Shown: positions 12,414-25,682, counted from the first letter of the whole stretch. The stretch is 61,043 nt of DNA, filler included, from Sphacelaria rigidula (GCA_964200075.2; 8 parts of 8 records of this genome joined end to end with filler, not necessarily neighbours in it); one strand, 5' to 3'. Made by a program: numbers and translations. Notes: generated by a model not told the origin, from the sequence alone.

Positions 12414-13472
12414 CCCTTTTGGGACCGGGCCTGCAGAACGACCAATGAGGCTGGTCAGGAATGACGTGTCTGGTGTCTGCACGTAACAGACAGTGGCGTG
12501 TGACGTGTGAAAATCCGCGTATGTAACCGCAGGGTTATGACGGAGACCGAAAGTTTCATCCAATCTAGACTCAGGTGCAGGGTGCGCATTAGGTGGTGTA
12601 CATCTGATGTAGCAAGCAGCATGGGTCGCGGTAGAGAGCTTCCAATAGGATACGGCGACCGGCGGTGCCCGACCCGCCACTTGTGGCTTTTGACGGTATT
12701 TTCATCCCCATCACCGTGCCACACAGCCCTTTGTGGTCGGGGTAGGCCGCCATTTTCCTCTTTGTTGCATGCGGCAAATTCTCTTCGAAGGGTATATCAA
12801 CTTTGCGGCGCGCATACATACAGTATAGTACAGGACAAGTACAGTGCAGTACACCCCCCCCGACTGCAGCAGCAGCTGCCGTTGTATACTCCCTTGCACG
12901 TTCTGGGCAATTCTCCGTCACCGAGATCAACTGCCTATATACCGCTTCTTCATCCCCACCTACTACATACTCCGTACATATTAACTGAATACTGCAAGTC
13001 ATCGGCATAGGGATAAGCAGAATTCATGACGGTAGATCATTTTGTCTTTCCACGGCCCACCTGGGTTTAGTGCCTCGTGAAAATGACCACATTGTAGCAT
13101 GTACACTCCTTCCCGGTTTTTTCCGGTCCACCCTGTGTTGGTATAAATTACTACGTTTCAGTATAGAATTGGGACCCAAAAAACACTCCGGGAAAACTCG
13201 GGAACGCTATACTTAGTGCAAGTAATACCATTAAACAAGCTGCGACCACCCTGCACTTAGAAGCCTGGGGAGGCTTATTTGGGCCAGGGATAGGGCCCCC
13301 ACACGATCTTTGCAATGGCATTACACTTGATAATAATCCCCGCGCTGATCGTTCGGGTCCGGTCGATAAATTTCGCCTCGCTGTGATTAGGTCGGTCGCT
13401 CGGAGACTTGTTTTTATTATTCCACTAACACAGGGTCAACCCTGTGTTAGTGGGGGTCCAGTCCCAAAAGGG
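12414..13472. mobile_element. Non-autonomous piggyBac-like element
   Basis: TTAA|CCCTTTTGGGACCGG ... CCAGTCCCAAAAGGG|TTAA: CCC/GGG termini, TTAA on both sides, no transposase ORF. Confidence 0.8.
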
Positions 13473-13476
13473 TTAA

Positions 13477-13694
13477 GCGGATTCTAGCGCACTTTCCCGA
13501 TTTTTTGTACGCCTAGTTTTACTTTTGGTCGGGTCCCTGATTTTTTCAGTCAAGCCCAAATCTTCGAGTTGTTGGGGAAAATTACGAGTTTTTACGACAA
13601 CGTGAAGACTTTTGAGGCAACTGAAAAAATCAGGAATCCGGCCAAAAGCAAAACTGGGCATACAGAAAAATCGGGAAAGTGTGCCATAATCCTC
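13477..13694. mobile_element. ~220-bp foldback MITE with ~75-bp arms
   Basis: GCGGATTCTAGCGCACTTTCCCGATTTTT...TTTTCAGT pairs with ACTGAAAA...AAAAATCGGGAAAGTGTGCCATAATCCTC. Starts immediately after a TTAA. Confidence 0.75.
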
Positions 13695-13799
13695 TTGGAA
13701 AGCACAGCAAATTTTCAGAGGAAGCCCAACCCACCAAGGCCCATTTTCCGCCAAATATCCGCCATGAAAGGCCCAAAAAGTGTAGTTCTCAGGAGAGTC

Positions 13800-15130
13800 T
13801 GGTTTCTGACTAGAAGAAGTGGCCTCAATAATTGGTGTACAAACACCTCAAGAGATCGGTGGGTCTTGGTGGAAGGCAATCCGGGGGGCAGCAGTTCATA
13901 AAGGACGAGAACGGCGTCCTACTGAGGAACAAAATTGCCATCCTTGAACGGGAGGCGAGGTTCTCCCGCACACGGCTCAACGCCAAATCGCTCACGCTGA
14001 ACCCAGCCATCATCGAGGAGGTGAAGCTGCGACCGGCAGCTTCAACCATCGGTGATTCGGTACCGCTCGGGGCAGGACCAACACTGGAGGAACCCAGACG
14101 AGCAGTCCGGGGGATGCACAACTGGAGAGCGCCAGGACACGACTCTCTTCCCGTGGAGCTACTCAAAATCGACGACCGCCCCGAACCCATCGTCCTCGAA
14201 CTTCCATACCATTCTCGTCGAGGTATGGAACGGAGGGGCGGCCCCGCAGGAGTGAAAAAATGAAATGATCAAGATGCTGTGCAAGAAACCGGACCGGTCC
14301 ATCTGCTATAACTACAGGGGGATCTCTCTGATATCGCACGCAGGGAAAGTGTTCCTGAAGATAGTGGCCAACCGCCTCAGCGACTACTGCGAAACGCACG
14401 GGATATTACCGGAGGAACAGTGCGGGTTCCGACCTGACCGATCCACTGTCGACATGCTGTTCGTAGTGCGCTGACTCCAGGAGCTGGGGCGGCGGCGGAG
14501 AATACCGCTGTACATGTGCTTCGTCGACCTCTAGACGACATATGACTCGGTCGACCGCAAGATTCTGTGACAGGTACTGACCTGAGCTGGTACTCCGGAT
14601 AAGATGATCGCAGTTATCCGCCAATTCCACGACGGTATGCAGGCTCGCGTACGTATGGACGACGGGGAGCTCTCGGAGTGGTTTGAAGTCACACGGAGAT
14701 TGCGACAAGGATGTGTACTGTCTCCACTGCTGTTCAACATCTTCTTCGCGGCAGTGCTCGAGATAGTCCTCGTGCGATTCAGCGAGGATGGTATCATCAT
14801 GAAGGACGTGGTATATCTCCATGAGGAGACGGGGAGGGGGGCGGAGACACCGCTGAAATGCGTACGGAGAGCGGTATGGGGAATGCTGTGTGCCGACGAT
14901 GCCGGGGTCGTCTCGAGATCTCCCGACGGACTGGCGAGGATGATGACATCATAGGGGACGTGTTTGGGGTCTTTGGACTGACCGTATCGGAGAAGAAGAC
15001 GGAGACTCTCTTGATGCGCGTACCGAGGAAAGCACCGAAGAAGGCGGAGTCACCAGCACAATCTCCCCCACCGCTGATCATCGAAGCAGCGGGCCAGAAA
15101 TACGCCCAGAAAACTAGTTTCCGATACTTA
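13800..15130 (+). pseudogene. RTE-like non-LTR retrotransposon (LINE) reverse transcriptase, inactivated
   Basis: Motifs [61 protein letters not shown] and FRYLG, with several stops and frameshifts. Confidence 0.95.
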
Positions 15131-15186
15131 GGTGTACTCATGATCATGCATGCCATAGTCATCAGACCATTGACCTCGCATCCCTA
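15131..15186 (-). mobile_element. 3' tail of SINE-like family T2, interrupting the LINE RT; cut by contig end
   Basis: GGTGTACTCATGATCATGCATGCCATAGTCATCAGACCATTGACCTCGCATCCCTA matches 44510-44562, 37764-37813 and (inverted) 17219-17257. Confidence 0.8.
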
Positions 15187-15286
15187 NNNNNNNNNNNNNN
15201 NNNNNNNNNNNNNNNNNNNNNNNNNNNNNNTTAATTAATTAANNNNNNNNNNNNNNNNNNNNNNNNNNNNNNNNNNNNNNNNNNNN
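15187..15286. other. Artificial contig linker
   Basis: N-run / TTAATTAATTAA / N-run. Confidence 0.99.
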
Positions 15287-15453
15287 CATTGGCTAGAACG
15301 AACCCAAACGTAGGAATTCCCTGCTTCTCGTTGTGCTCGGCTTTTCCCATTTCGATTTACGTGGCGATTTTTCCTCTCAAAACCATGCACTTTTGGGGGC
15401 GGGGCTATCGTAGAAAGTGTCACAAGTGTCCTATGTTTCTCCACAGGCAATAA

Positions 15454-15892
15454 CAACCGATCATCGAAATTGAGGATGGAGCTCTTCATTGAGGATGAAA
15501 ACCCGGAAAATTAAAATCTTCGCATCCATGCCAATTCTTCGAAATATTGTTTCGTTCCTTCATCTGCTGGTACCTATTGACACCTAGTACACGCCATGAA
15601 AAAATGGATTCCGATTACCAGAATCTGGGGGTCCTAGGTGAAGAAACAAATCATGGGAATTCATGTGATCTGGCCGAATCACCAAAATTCTCAAGATTTG
15701 TTTTTCACGTAGGATACCCAAATTTCGGTCATTAGAATCCAAATTTTCATGGCGTGTAGTAGTTGTCAACAGCTACCGGCAGATGAAGGGATGGAACCAT
15801 ATCTCGGAGAATTGGTGTGGATGCGAAGATTATAACTTTCCGGAGTATCATCCTCAATTTAAAGCTCCATCCTCCATTTCGATGATCGGCTG
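15454..15892. mobile_element. Family C foldback/MITE (copy 2)
   Basis: TIR CAACCGATCATCGAAATTGAGGATGGAGCT / AGCTCCATCCTCCATTTCGATGATCGGCTG; collinear with 991-1429. Confidence 0.8.
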
Positions 15893-16985
15893 TTCAATGC
15901 AGTATAGAACTATGCGGCAAGTGTAATGCGACCCCTTTCGAACTTCTCGCCATTGTGTTGCATATCCAGCTTGGGGAATTTCCCTTAGATTTGTCGAGTT
16001 GAATGAGGTCAGGATTCGAAGCCAGCACGTTTCTTCCACGAGCGATACAGAGGTATCTCTTGATATCGCCAATATGGAAAGGAAAATTGTCCTCGAGGGA
16101 CATTTTTAGGAATGAACCCCTTCTATCCACATCTATGCAATATATATGACAGGTCCAGGGCACGTGGACGGTTCAAGGCCACAGTATTCTAGTCGGAAGC
16201 AATAGTTACTCTGGTTTGCTTCGTGCAGTTATTCTGGAATCAAAGGAGAATCTTTTTACGGACGTCTGTTTGAATGAGTCAAAACTCCAACAACAAAAAT
16301 ACTATTGAAATGGCGGCCTTTAGGTTTCAAGTGTCAAATCCCGCGGGGAAGATCACCGGAAACGCATGTTTCGTACGTAGTGGGATCAGTCTGTACAGCA
16401 TTGAAGTTTGGTCACCGCCGTTTGTGCTCGCTTCCAATTTTTTCTCGAAACGTTGCCTGAATTGGCGGTGGAAGTGCTGAGACCTTCAGTTGGCGTCTGT
16501 GAAGGCGAGTTCGGCCCGATTATGACAAACGTTACATTTACCCCCCTTAACTCGATATCTTTGAGTCAATTCCCCGGCTGGGTTTTTCGATCACCTGCCG
16601 TCAAGACTCCGGATTGGACATATCGGGTGAAGGAACGGTCATTTTCCGATGAAGTGAAGATCAAAATGAAGAAGCGATCTACTCGGATCCGGCGTCTCCG
16701 AAGATGATCCTGTCGACACTTTTACCCAGACGACCGCGGAAGTATCCCTTGGTGCTTCCACGCAAGTTTCGGGGGAACCTGCATGCTGAAATATGACAAC
16801 ATGATCGTACCCACCTCTTGGTAGGTGAAGATGCCAGCAATCTTCCGAGCTGCGCGTAATCCGCCCTCTTCCGTAACGGCCAAGCTGCCAAACCACGGGA
16901 ATGTTCCTCTGCCCTCCAGATGCTGACCAACACCAATTACGTCCCCCTGCCACAGGATGCTATCCCGGTATGTTGACGACCTAAA

Positions 16986-17279
16986 GAGTCATCCTACGAT
17001 AGCGGGGGGGGGGGTATTTTGGGCCATTTGTCGCTCCGAATTTCGAGTCAGATTGTCGTTGAAAGCAGCAACGATTGTTCGAACAAGCTTGTTGTGGATC
17101 AAAAACGCTCATCCATACTGCCTGACACCGTTTGGAACCACATACAAGCGCACCGCAAGTGTGGAAGGATGTCTGACACACTTATGAGCCTCTTTTTTTG
17201 TGCAACCAAATACCCCCCAATGGTCTTATGACTATGGCAAGCATGATCATGAGTACACCCCCCTATCGTAGGATGACTC
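16986..17279. mobile_element. Second GAG...CTC MITE family (Sola2-like), 4-bp TSD TAAA
   Basis: TAAA|GAGTCATCCTACGATAG ... CTATCGTAGGATGACTC|TAAA. The right arm is interrupted by a T2 tail. Confidence 0.85.
17219..17257 (+). mobile_element. T2 retroposon tail inserted into a C-run
   Basis: CCCCCC-AATGGTCTTATGACTATGGCAAGCATGATCATGAGTACA-CCCCCC. Confidence 0.8.
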
Positions 17280-19726
17280 TAAACAACCAACGAATCACAA
17301 ACGATGGCAAGCAGCGTTTTGCGCAGGTGATCAGTCGCGTGTGAGACAAAACAATATGTCGGACACCTGCAAAACAGTTGCGGATCATAAGTGCTAGCGC
17401 TACAGCGTAAAAACGCTCTGCGGATAGGTGTGCACGCACCAAACAAGTGGCCGTCGCTCAAGCCGGCTGCATGGAAAACAGTAGACTTGAGACCTCAACA
17501 GACTCGGGACGTCACGCAACCAAGATTCTTCAGGATCGATGCTTTTTCTACATTGGATATGATCATCTGCCCTACGACACGAGGTACTGCCGCCGTGGTA
17601 GTAAAAAGCATTCTGTCCCCCAACCCTGTGGTCACTCTCCTCCGTCACACAGGTGATTACTTCTGTAACGTACGTACCTTCCTCCGCCGGACAGAACTCT
17701 GCCTCCAACTGCCAACGCTACCACCACGACCGCGCCAGAAAGCAGTTTGCTCCACCACCCTCCACGGCGGGCTACCGTGTGCTCTGCTCTAACACCGTTG
17801 AATACCTCCTCATGTTCGTTGCCCTCGCGGACAGGCTGCTGCTGCCCTTATTGTGCGCCCGCCCCCGCTCGGTCTCTGTTCTCGTCCGACCCATCGTCTG
17901 CTCTCCGCTCGTCGTCACCTGTGCCACCGCCGAGAAGCACCGCCTGTGTGTCCGCCACCGCTGGCCCACCGCCGGCATCTCCGGATCGATTTTTCACAGC
18001 CAGAATCGCGCCCTCCTGCCCCTGCCCCGGCAACGTCTGTTCACCACCAGTCATGTTCACACCCTTCTCCGCCAACACAGGCTCGTCAGGTGGCCCGGCG
18101 GGGGCGGCCGCACCGCTGGGGTGCCTCCGCTCGGCGGCAGGCGCGTTATGGTCAGAATCGATCGTATCTTGCACCGCGTATTGGACATCACCGTCAGCTG
18201 CTTCCTCCGCCTCAACGGATGCCACCGGCCGGACGAGATTCTCTCCCAGTGTGCGCATGCCTGCCGCGGTCGGCGCCGCTGCCACTGCCGTTGCCGCTGC
18301 CGCCGCCGTCGAAACTCCCCTCGCTGCCGCTGCTGCCGCTCGCACTCCCTCGGCATCTTGTTCACAGCGTGTGTTCCTTGTAGTAAAGCATTCTGCTGTC
18401 GACTCTGGCAGGCATTCAGTTGCGGTGACAATCGATTGGAGGGTGGGATGTTGGCGATGGCATCTGCACACACGAGCGCATCCAAACGTCCCAAGGACCC
18501 CCCGAACACGGTGGCGACGAACTGCGGAGGTGCGATCAATACCGTTTTGTGGGTGGATTGCATGCGTACTCAGTAACATCTGATACCAGGTGTAGGACGC
18601 GTCTTTAGCGCGGAGACGAACGTAGACTATGCACAACGGCAGGTAGATGCTTTAGGAATACTACTTCGACGTGCCTCAGTGGAATCTGAGTAAGCAGTAC
18701 TTGTCAATAGACTGGCAGTTTTGATTCATCGGATGCATCGTGAGCGGCCATCTTGTGCGACGTGCTTACTCAACTCAACTACATGAGTACACGTCAAACA
18801 CGCGCCCAAGTGCCGAAAACACCAACCTATACACACGTGACGAAGGAGTGCACGAGACAAACGTCGAATCTCAAGATGGCATGAAAAGTAAACCGCAAAC
18901 GAATTTACGTAGCACGCTGTCAGCTCCGTCACTGCACCTCTACAACCAGAGGTCCAGGGACAACATACTGCACACGCCTACGCATCTAACTAGCTCGACG
19001 CAAAAAGAGACGAATCAGTCAGTCGCACCAAGCCCACAACCGTATACGCGCCTGGATTCGACCAACAAAAGATGGTGCAAGGAATGCAGCGGTGACGAGG
19101 CCACAGCCAAAGCACACCGAACTGAAAGGACCAGTAACGGTCGACATGAAACCAAGTAGATCATGGACATGTCTCAGAGAGTGTATCTTACCAGCCGCCG
19201 GCGTTGGTGGCGGCAGGATCAGGGGTGTGTGCGCCACCGACAAGCCAGCGCTTAATTGCGGTAGAGGCATGCAAATGCGAGTGTCGGGACCAGGCTGTAC
19301 GAACTTCTGACCTCCCCCCATATTGGGCCCTTGGCCGTCAACGTCGGCGGCGCCGCGGGTGCCGGCGCGGCTGCCTACGCGGGTGCCGGCAAGACTCGCA
19401 ACGTTGCAATTGCTGCCCTGCTCATCTTGACCGTGGTTGCTACAAGAAGTGGGGCGGTGACGGCGGCGGTGGGGGCAACAGGTATGCGCCCACGGTTCAA
19501 ACGCGGGAGCCGCATGTCATTCGGTGGCCAATATTTTGAAACACCTGCAAGTTGGAACGGGTACTCGAGTGATTCAGCCCTCCTTATTTTGGTTCCTCTG
19601 CCGCATTCCGGGCTAGCCGCCTAGCTGCGCATGTGACGCAGGAATGTCGATTTGAGCTCGAACGGGCCACGACACAGAGGCCAGACAGCAATTGTCCCAC
19701 AAGCGCTTTTCGAATCCATGTTGTTC

Positions 19727-20278
19727 TTACCGCGGCCGTGGCGCTCCGCAGCGACTGCACATAAGCTTGCTCCGATGACCCCATGCCGGACAACCATCAC
19801 CCACGCATTTCCTGTACAGGGACAGCAGCCGGGCATCGCCATGCCGACTTGAGGAGGGGTGCTTGCCAAAACAAAACAAAAGCAGTTCGCAGGACGACAG
19901 AATGTTGGAAATCGGGGGAATTGTGCGCTTGGAGTCCGCAGCACATGCTCTCGGGAGTTTTTCACATGCCATGAGCAGCAACGCCTCCTCCTCTGACAAC
20001 AGCACAAGTGGAGCCACAAGACAAACTGTGCAACACACTGCGTTTCTTAAAAGTCGCGAACCGCACCGGGCTCTCACCACGCAGAACTTGCTGATTCCAT
20101 TTTCGTCGTGGGTATGTTTCTGCTGCCCTGTAGGTGTACCCTCCTCTACCACGGTTGTTCGAGACCATGTTCCGGCTCCAGTCTGTGAGTGATGCAAGAA
20201 AGAGCATGTGTGAAGGGGTCGCGTCACTAGTGATGTTGAGATTGAACGCAAGATCGATAGACTGGAAACATGGAGCAC
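19727..20278 (-). CDS. Possible ORF with two C4 zinc-ribbon motifs (RanBP2-like)
   Basis: YRKCVGDGCPAWGHRSKLMCSRCGAPRP and KFCVVRARCGSRLLRNAVCCTVC occur in one open frame. Confidence 0.35.
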   Translation of the reverse strand: MLHVSSLSILRSISTSLVTRPLHTCSFLHHSQTGAGTWSRTTVVEEGTPTGQQKHTHDENGISKFCVVRARCGSRLLRNAVCCTVCLVAPLVLLSEEEALLLMACEKLPRACAADSKRTIPPISNILSSCELLLFCFGKHPSSSRHGDARLLSLYRKCVGDGCPAWGHRSKLMCSRCGAPRPR

Positions 20279-20706
20279 TGATGTATAAGGTCATGCGGCT
20301 CCTGCCACAGGGCTCGATTCAACCTGAGCCATCTCCGTCAAATTTGCCAGATGGGTATGAGACCGACGCCATACGTGTTTGCATGAGTGAAGTAGTTCAT
20401 CACAAGGGAGCAACACGCGGACAGGAGCAGGAAGCTTTCAGTGGAGAACGTACGTGCATCGCGAGTGGCAAAAACAAGCGAGAAGGCAACATCACAAACA
20501 ACATGCGGCAGCTAGCTATGGCCGCTGTGAAGAGGGAGACAAAGGATACCGTGACGCGGCAAATCCATGGACAAGACGAGACTGTACGAGGGAAAGCTTT
20601 GGAGCATACTTTCGTTGGTCGAAACAAAGAAAGCGTGAGCTGCTGAAGCGCATCATGGCAATCAGAAACTCATATGCTACACACAATAAAGAACCGAAAT
20701 CGCCGG

Positions 20707-21008
20707 AAACAACGTTTTCGTGAGATTGAGAGTACAACGCTGATTGAGAGTAGCTTTGATCATTCGCTTGCTCTCAGCCATTTTTTCACTCCGTGTATGC
20801 TTTTCTTTACCTCCATCACTAGCGTGTGCTTATAGCTACACGTTGATATCCTACTCAGGGGCATCAAGGACCTCAGTGGCAAGCTGCTGCAGGAAGCATA
20901 TTGGGCCTCGTGGAGGGGCATTTCGGAACAGGAACGATTCATTCATTAATTGAGCGCTTTTTACTCTCAATCGTATCCTCTACTCTCAATCTCACGAAAA
21001 CATTGTTC
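20707..21008. mobile_element. MITE family B (copy 2)
   Basis: TIR AACAACGTTTTCGTGAGATTGAGAGTA / TACTCTCAATCTCACGAAAACATTGTT; collinear with 312-610. Confidence 0.75.
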
Positions 21009-21452
21009 GAAATGGAACGCTACAACTCGGGAGGGGTGAATGCTGAAAACCAAGATCGCACACGATTTCAGGAATGCCAGGTGCAACGACATAAGCTCGA
21101 AGAACAGTGTCCTGAAGACCATACCAACTGAAAAGCACCCTGCAAAACATAGCATGAACCAAAGAAGACGTGCAGAACAGCTGCTGCTGCTGCTGAAGGT
21201 CGTACGGGAAACGTGAGAAGTCCCCGCTGCAAAACGTCATTAGAAACAAACTGCACAAGCGAAATGAGAAGATGGGATCATCAACGATAGCTGCAATAAA
21301 GCCACAGAAACGCATGGCGATGAACACATAGTAGGGTGGTGGCGCTCACACCTTAGTACGGGCTGGTCTTATAATTCGAGACGACAGAGCACAAAAGTGC
21401 CCGCAGATGTCTGATTGGTCAATTTGTTTTAAAAGAAAATTCTAATTGGTTA

Positions 21453-22829
21453 CAGGCTGGTTCACGGTGATCACCCAAAATTGTGTCATCAGCAAATGCC
21501 TTCCGCAATACGCACCCAATAGTCGCATATATGGTATCATACTGACCGCAATGAAGAGACGGAGAGGGTGACATAGCCGGATTTTTGTTTAAGGCCGTAG
21601 CGGTGGCGCTATGGAAGAAAATGTGTCTCAGTCAATCAGCGCCCTTCAAACTGTTCCGAGATCTGAAGTACGAGTACCAAGCCCAATTTTCACCCAATCT
21701 CTAAATGCTTCAAATCGTAGTAACTGTCATCGACACGGAAATCTAACGAGAAAATTAAATTGTTTAAACCGTTACTACGGGGGTCGAATTATACCCAAAA
21801 CCGTGATTTTTCGTGATGTCGGGTGTCGGCGTCGTCTAATATCCACTAATGATACGCACGGAAGACCCAGGGAGCCTCGTGACGATGTCCCCTAAATCTG
21901 TCGTAGAAAAGCTCAGATCGCCCTCAAACTCGGCAGTTCCGTAGGTATTGATGATCAAAATAGATAAATTGTATTGTTGACAATATATCATGTTTTTTTC
22001 CGTTCTCTACCGACTTCCGGGGGTCCCAGCATGAACACCCCCGGAAGGCGGTACAGAATGCCCTAAAAGAAAAATAATGGAATTATGCATCCCGGGATAG
22101 TCCAAGGAACATATGTACAAATTTTGGTGAAGAAACTCGAAAATCTCATACAGCTTTTCTTACCTTGACGTCAAATTCACCCCAGAAGACATTTCCATAC
22201 TAAACCCAAGTAGTTAGGAATTGCACGTTTCAAGCCCACTTCCTCAACAAACGCGCAAACTTTCACGCTGTCATTAAGAGTTAGATCCTTCAACTTCGCA
22301 TAGATATTTCATGTATAATTACTCAACTTTCCACGGACGATTGTTTTGTACTTCTTGAGTTTTTCATCGTTTTTCGGGGGTCCGACGGGATCGAAGTCGT
22401 TTTTCGAAGTAGTCTACATTCTGGGACCCCAGAAAAACGGCACTATGATATTTGTTTCCATTTTTTCGCAAACTATCTGCCTCCGTATAACCCAAGGATG
22501 GGCTCCACATATTTTTGTCACACATCCGATCGACTGATGCTTGAATTTCCATATTCACGTCAAACAAGACCCAAAAACGCCGTTTTGGTGATAAAATCAG
22601 GTAATTTGCTGTTTCACCGCGGTATGGCAAAGTTCATCGCACAAAAGTAAAAACCCCACGCCGTTTTTACGGAGTTATACCCTGACATTTTGCACGAATG
22701 TTCTATGGGTAATTACGCAACTTTTGATGGTTGGGTTTTTTTTGTTACCGTTTTACGGGGGTCCGATTGGGTCGAGGTTTCCCCCAAAAATCTGGGACCC
22801 CCGAAAAATGGTGAAAAAGGCAAAAGGTA
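21453..22829. mobile_element. Non-coding ~1.5-kb dispersed element, family D (truncated by contig end)
   Basis: Collinear reverse-complement match to ~56740-58314. Begins TA|CAGGCTGGTTCAC. Confidence 0.8.
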
Positions 22830-22929
22830 NNNNNNNNNNNNNNNNNNNNNNNNNNNNNNNNNNNNNNNNNNNNTTAATTAATTAANNNNNNNNNNNNNNN
22901 NNNNNNNNNNNNNNNNNNNNNNNNNNNNN
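22830..22929. other. Artificial contig linker
   Basis: N-run / TTAATTAATTAA / N-run. Confidence 0.99.
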
Positions 22930-25682
22930 GGTGGGGGGGGGGGGGGGGGGGGAGGGGGGTATTTGAGGCCAACATTTTTTGCATTATCGATAAAAAGTTT
23001 GTTGCAGCTAGTTTTCCATCATTTTGACGGCAGCTCTTTCAAGGCCAAAACTGTTGCAACAGCTGTACAGTAGATGGGAAGGGGGAGTGTTGATGTTTGT
23101 GCAACGAATGCAAAATGGAGTTCGGTACGGGGATTGTTGGCAGTATATGTATTGTTTTTGTGGATGAATCAGTGTGTCGTTGGTGTTTCTGTCTTGTCTC
23201 GTCTTGTGTTTGTTTTTTTGTTTGTTTTAGCAGATCTCACAATGTTACGAACGCGCATTCCAACACGAGGGGTCTATGAAGTCGTTTGCAGTTGTCTTGG
23301 GGTCGGGAGAGCGACAGGAGGAGGTACTATGGGGACAGCACGGGAGGAAAGGCATGGAAGGGTTAATCCCTCCTCCATCATATTTTGTTTCTTTTAACCC
23401 TGGATCGTTTACTACTCTCGTAAATCAACCCTTTCTATCCTGCAAAAGGGGGTCGAAACTGCATTGACCACGTATCCCTTTCGACACGGAACACGTTGGA
23501 ATAGAAAGGAGGGGGGCGTGGATGAAGGCAATGCATACGAGAGATTTCCCCAGTGTCTTTTGCCCAAACTAGGGATGACGAAAGTACGTGCAATACGTGA
23601 TACATCATATGCCGTGCCATGGTGGTTGCAGCGGTCGAGGTGACTCGAGTGGGGCATACAAATTGTGTATTTGGATCATACGGCTGTATATCACCATCTC
23701 CCGCCTTTCCCACATGACAGACCTTATTGAGTCGATTTTGAAGGAGTGGCTGGGGGCTGAGGGGGAGGGTGGAGGGGGGGGTGGAGGCTTGTGTTTAATG
23801 TGAGAAGGATATTTAATTTCTCCCGCATGCCGGGAGAAAGTAGATATTACTTTGTCATGATCCACCCGCACATACCCGCTTTTTCCCTCCAACTTTTCAC
23901 CTTTTGATCTTCCAGCTTCCTGTAGTTTCTCCTTGATTCTTGCTTTCGTCGTTGATTCTGCTTTGTTGCGGGGGATGGAGGAGGTCAGGGGGGGCAGGGG
24001 GGGCAGCCGTGACGTGAGCTGATACAGACTATGTGCAGTTTAGGGGGCTGTTGCGCATGAAGTGAAACTATTTTTTTTATGCAAGTCTTTGAAAAGAAAT
24101 AGATTGTGCAAGTCTCCCGTTCTCTTGTATGTCTTTTGGATGGGGGGGGGGGAAGAGACTTGCGCGTTCCATTTTCGATACATGGCAATTACGGAAAAGC
24201 GGAGGGATCCGCGTCATGAAGACGGCCTCCGAGGCAGTGTGTGGTTTTTTTCACTCACGTAAATGATGGCCACAAAACGCACATCGTGCCGTTTGCTAGC
24301 AGAACGTGTTATTTGCTTCCCTACAGAAAGTACTCATGTTTTCATTATTTTTTGTTGACCGTTGTTTGCGCCGTGTAGGTTTAGTCACGTACTCGTTTGC
24401 AGTGGCGTAGGTTTTCGTGATATCTTCGCAAAATGTCCGGTTGAGACGTTTTGACGTTGAGGGCTGTAGTGCTACTGTAGCTCAACTAGGGGAAATGTGT
24501 TATACGTCTGTTTTTTTTTTCTTTGTTGTCCGTCGGGAATTTCTCCTGCTCGTTGCTGTTCTCTATACTTTTTTCGGGTGATGTGTGTACGTTTTTCCGT
24601 CTTTTTTCACTAGTAGAGGAAGACCTCAACTCCTTACCTAGCTGCACTCTTGCTGTGGCGGCAAAGAAAGAAAACACGCGAAAAACTAAACTCAAAATAC
24701 AAATGCAACGTTTTGATATGGCGGGCGCTGCGCTTCGAGACTCGCAAGAATTTTGTCTGCATTACTGGGTTCTTACTCCTCCAGAGTCAGCATCAATGAA
24801 TATGATGAGATGCATGTTTATTTCGACGCAGGTTCAGTTTTCGGCGAAGTAACTGCTACGCTCATGCTACCGATTACTTTAGCGGTGCTTGAATTTCGGG
24901 TGGCTTTTTGACGATTCTGTGGGGATGATCGGGGGGGGGGGGGGGGGGGGGGGGGGGGTCACGAATAGGCGGACTGAAATACTAGCTGGCTGGCTGGCTC
25001 AGTTACAACCTGAACGAAATTTAGTCGATCGAAAACAATCGTTTTCTCTTGTGTCAGATGGATTCGTCGATGGGGTGTTAGGATGTGTATCGGGAGAGGG
25101 GCCGGCCGTCGGCCGTGTGTAATTCACCGAAGGACGGCAGATTTGGAGAGCGAATCGGGATGAGGAAACGGGTGGGGTGTTTCGTGTGCAGTAGTTTGAA
25201 GCGGTTGCTGTCCACGGAGCATGAGAATCATGCAACATTCACATGGCAACATTGATGACTGCGTGATGACTGCTTGCAGTGTGGCGTTACTCGAGCCCCT
25301 CGCACTTTGTTGACGAAACGGAAAAAGGTTTTTCGCGTCACGTATCACTGCTGTACCACTGCCTTTTCAACTATTTTAGAGTACACTAGAAAGCGCACCA
25401 CCGGTCCGCCTCTCCACACAGGGTAGACAATGGTAGTTGAGGTTGTTGAGTGTATGGTCGATGACGTTCTCTCTCCACGATGATTCTTCTGTTTATTGCA
25501 GCGCAACACTTGTTCTAGGTAAACAACAAAACGTGAGATTATGCGGAGGCGTGTTTTTGTCGTTTCTCTCCTCACCGCACTGCTAGCCAACGCACACGTG
25601 AGCCTGTTTCCTCGACCTGTTGTGCTGATAATTCGTGGCGCTCGGTGATCAATGTTGTAGGAGGGGTGTGTGGGGTGGGAGG

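Noticed and set aside
15140-15186. Hammerhead ribozyme (CTGATGA on the minus strand)
   Set aside because: No downstream GAAA or stems, and CTGATGA is not conserved in the other tail copies.
17653-18636. Several overlapping 170-300 aa ORFs
   Set aside because: GC-rich low complexity keeps frames open on both strands; no domain or convincing exon boundaries were found.
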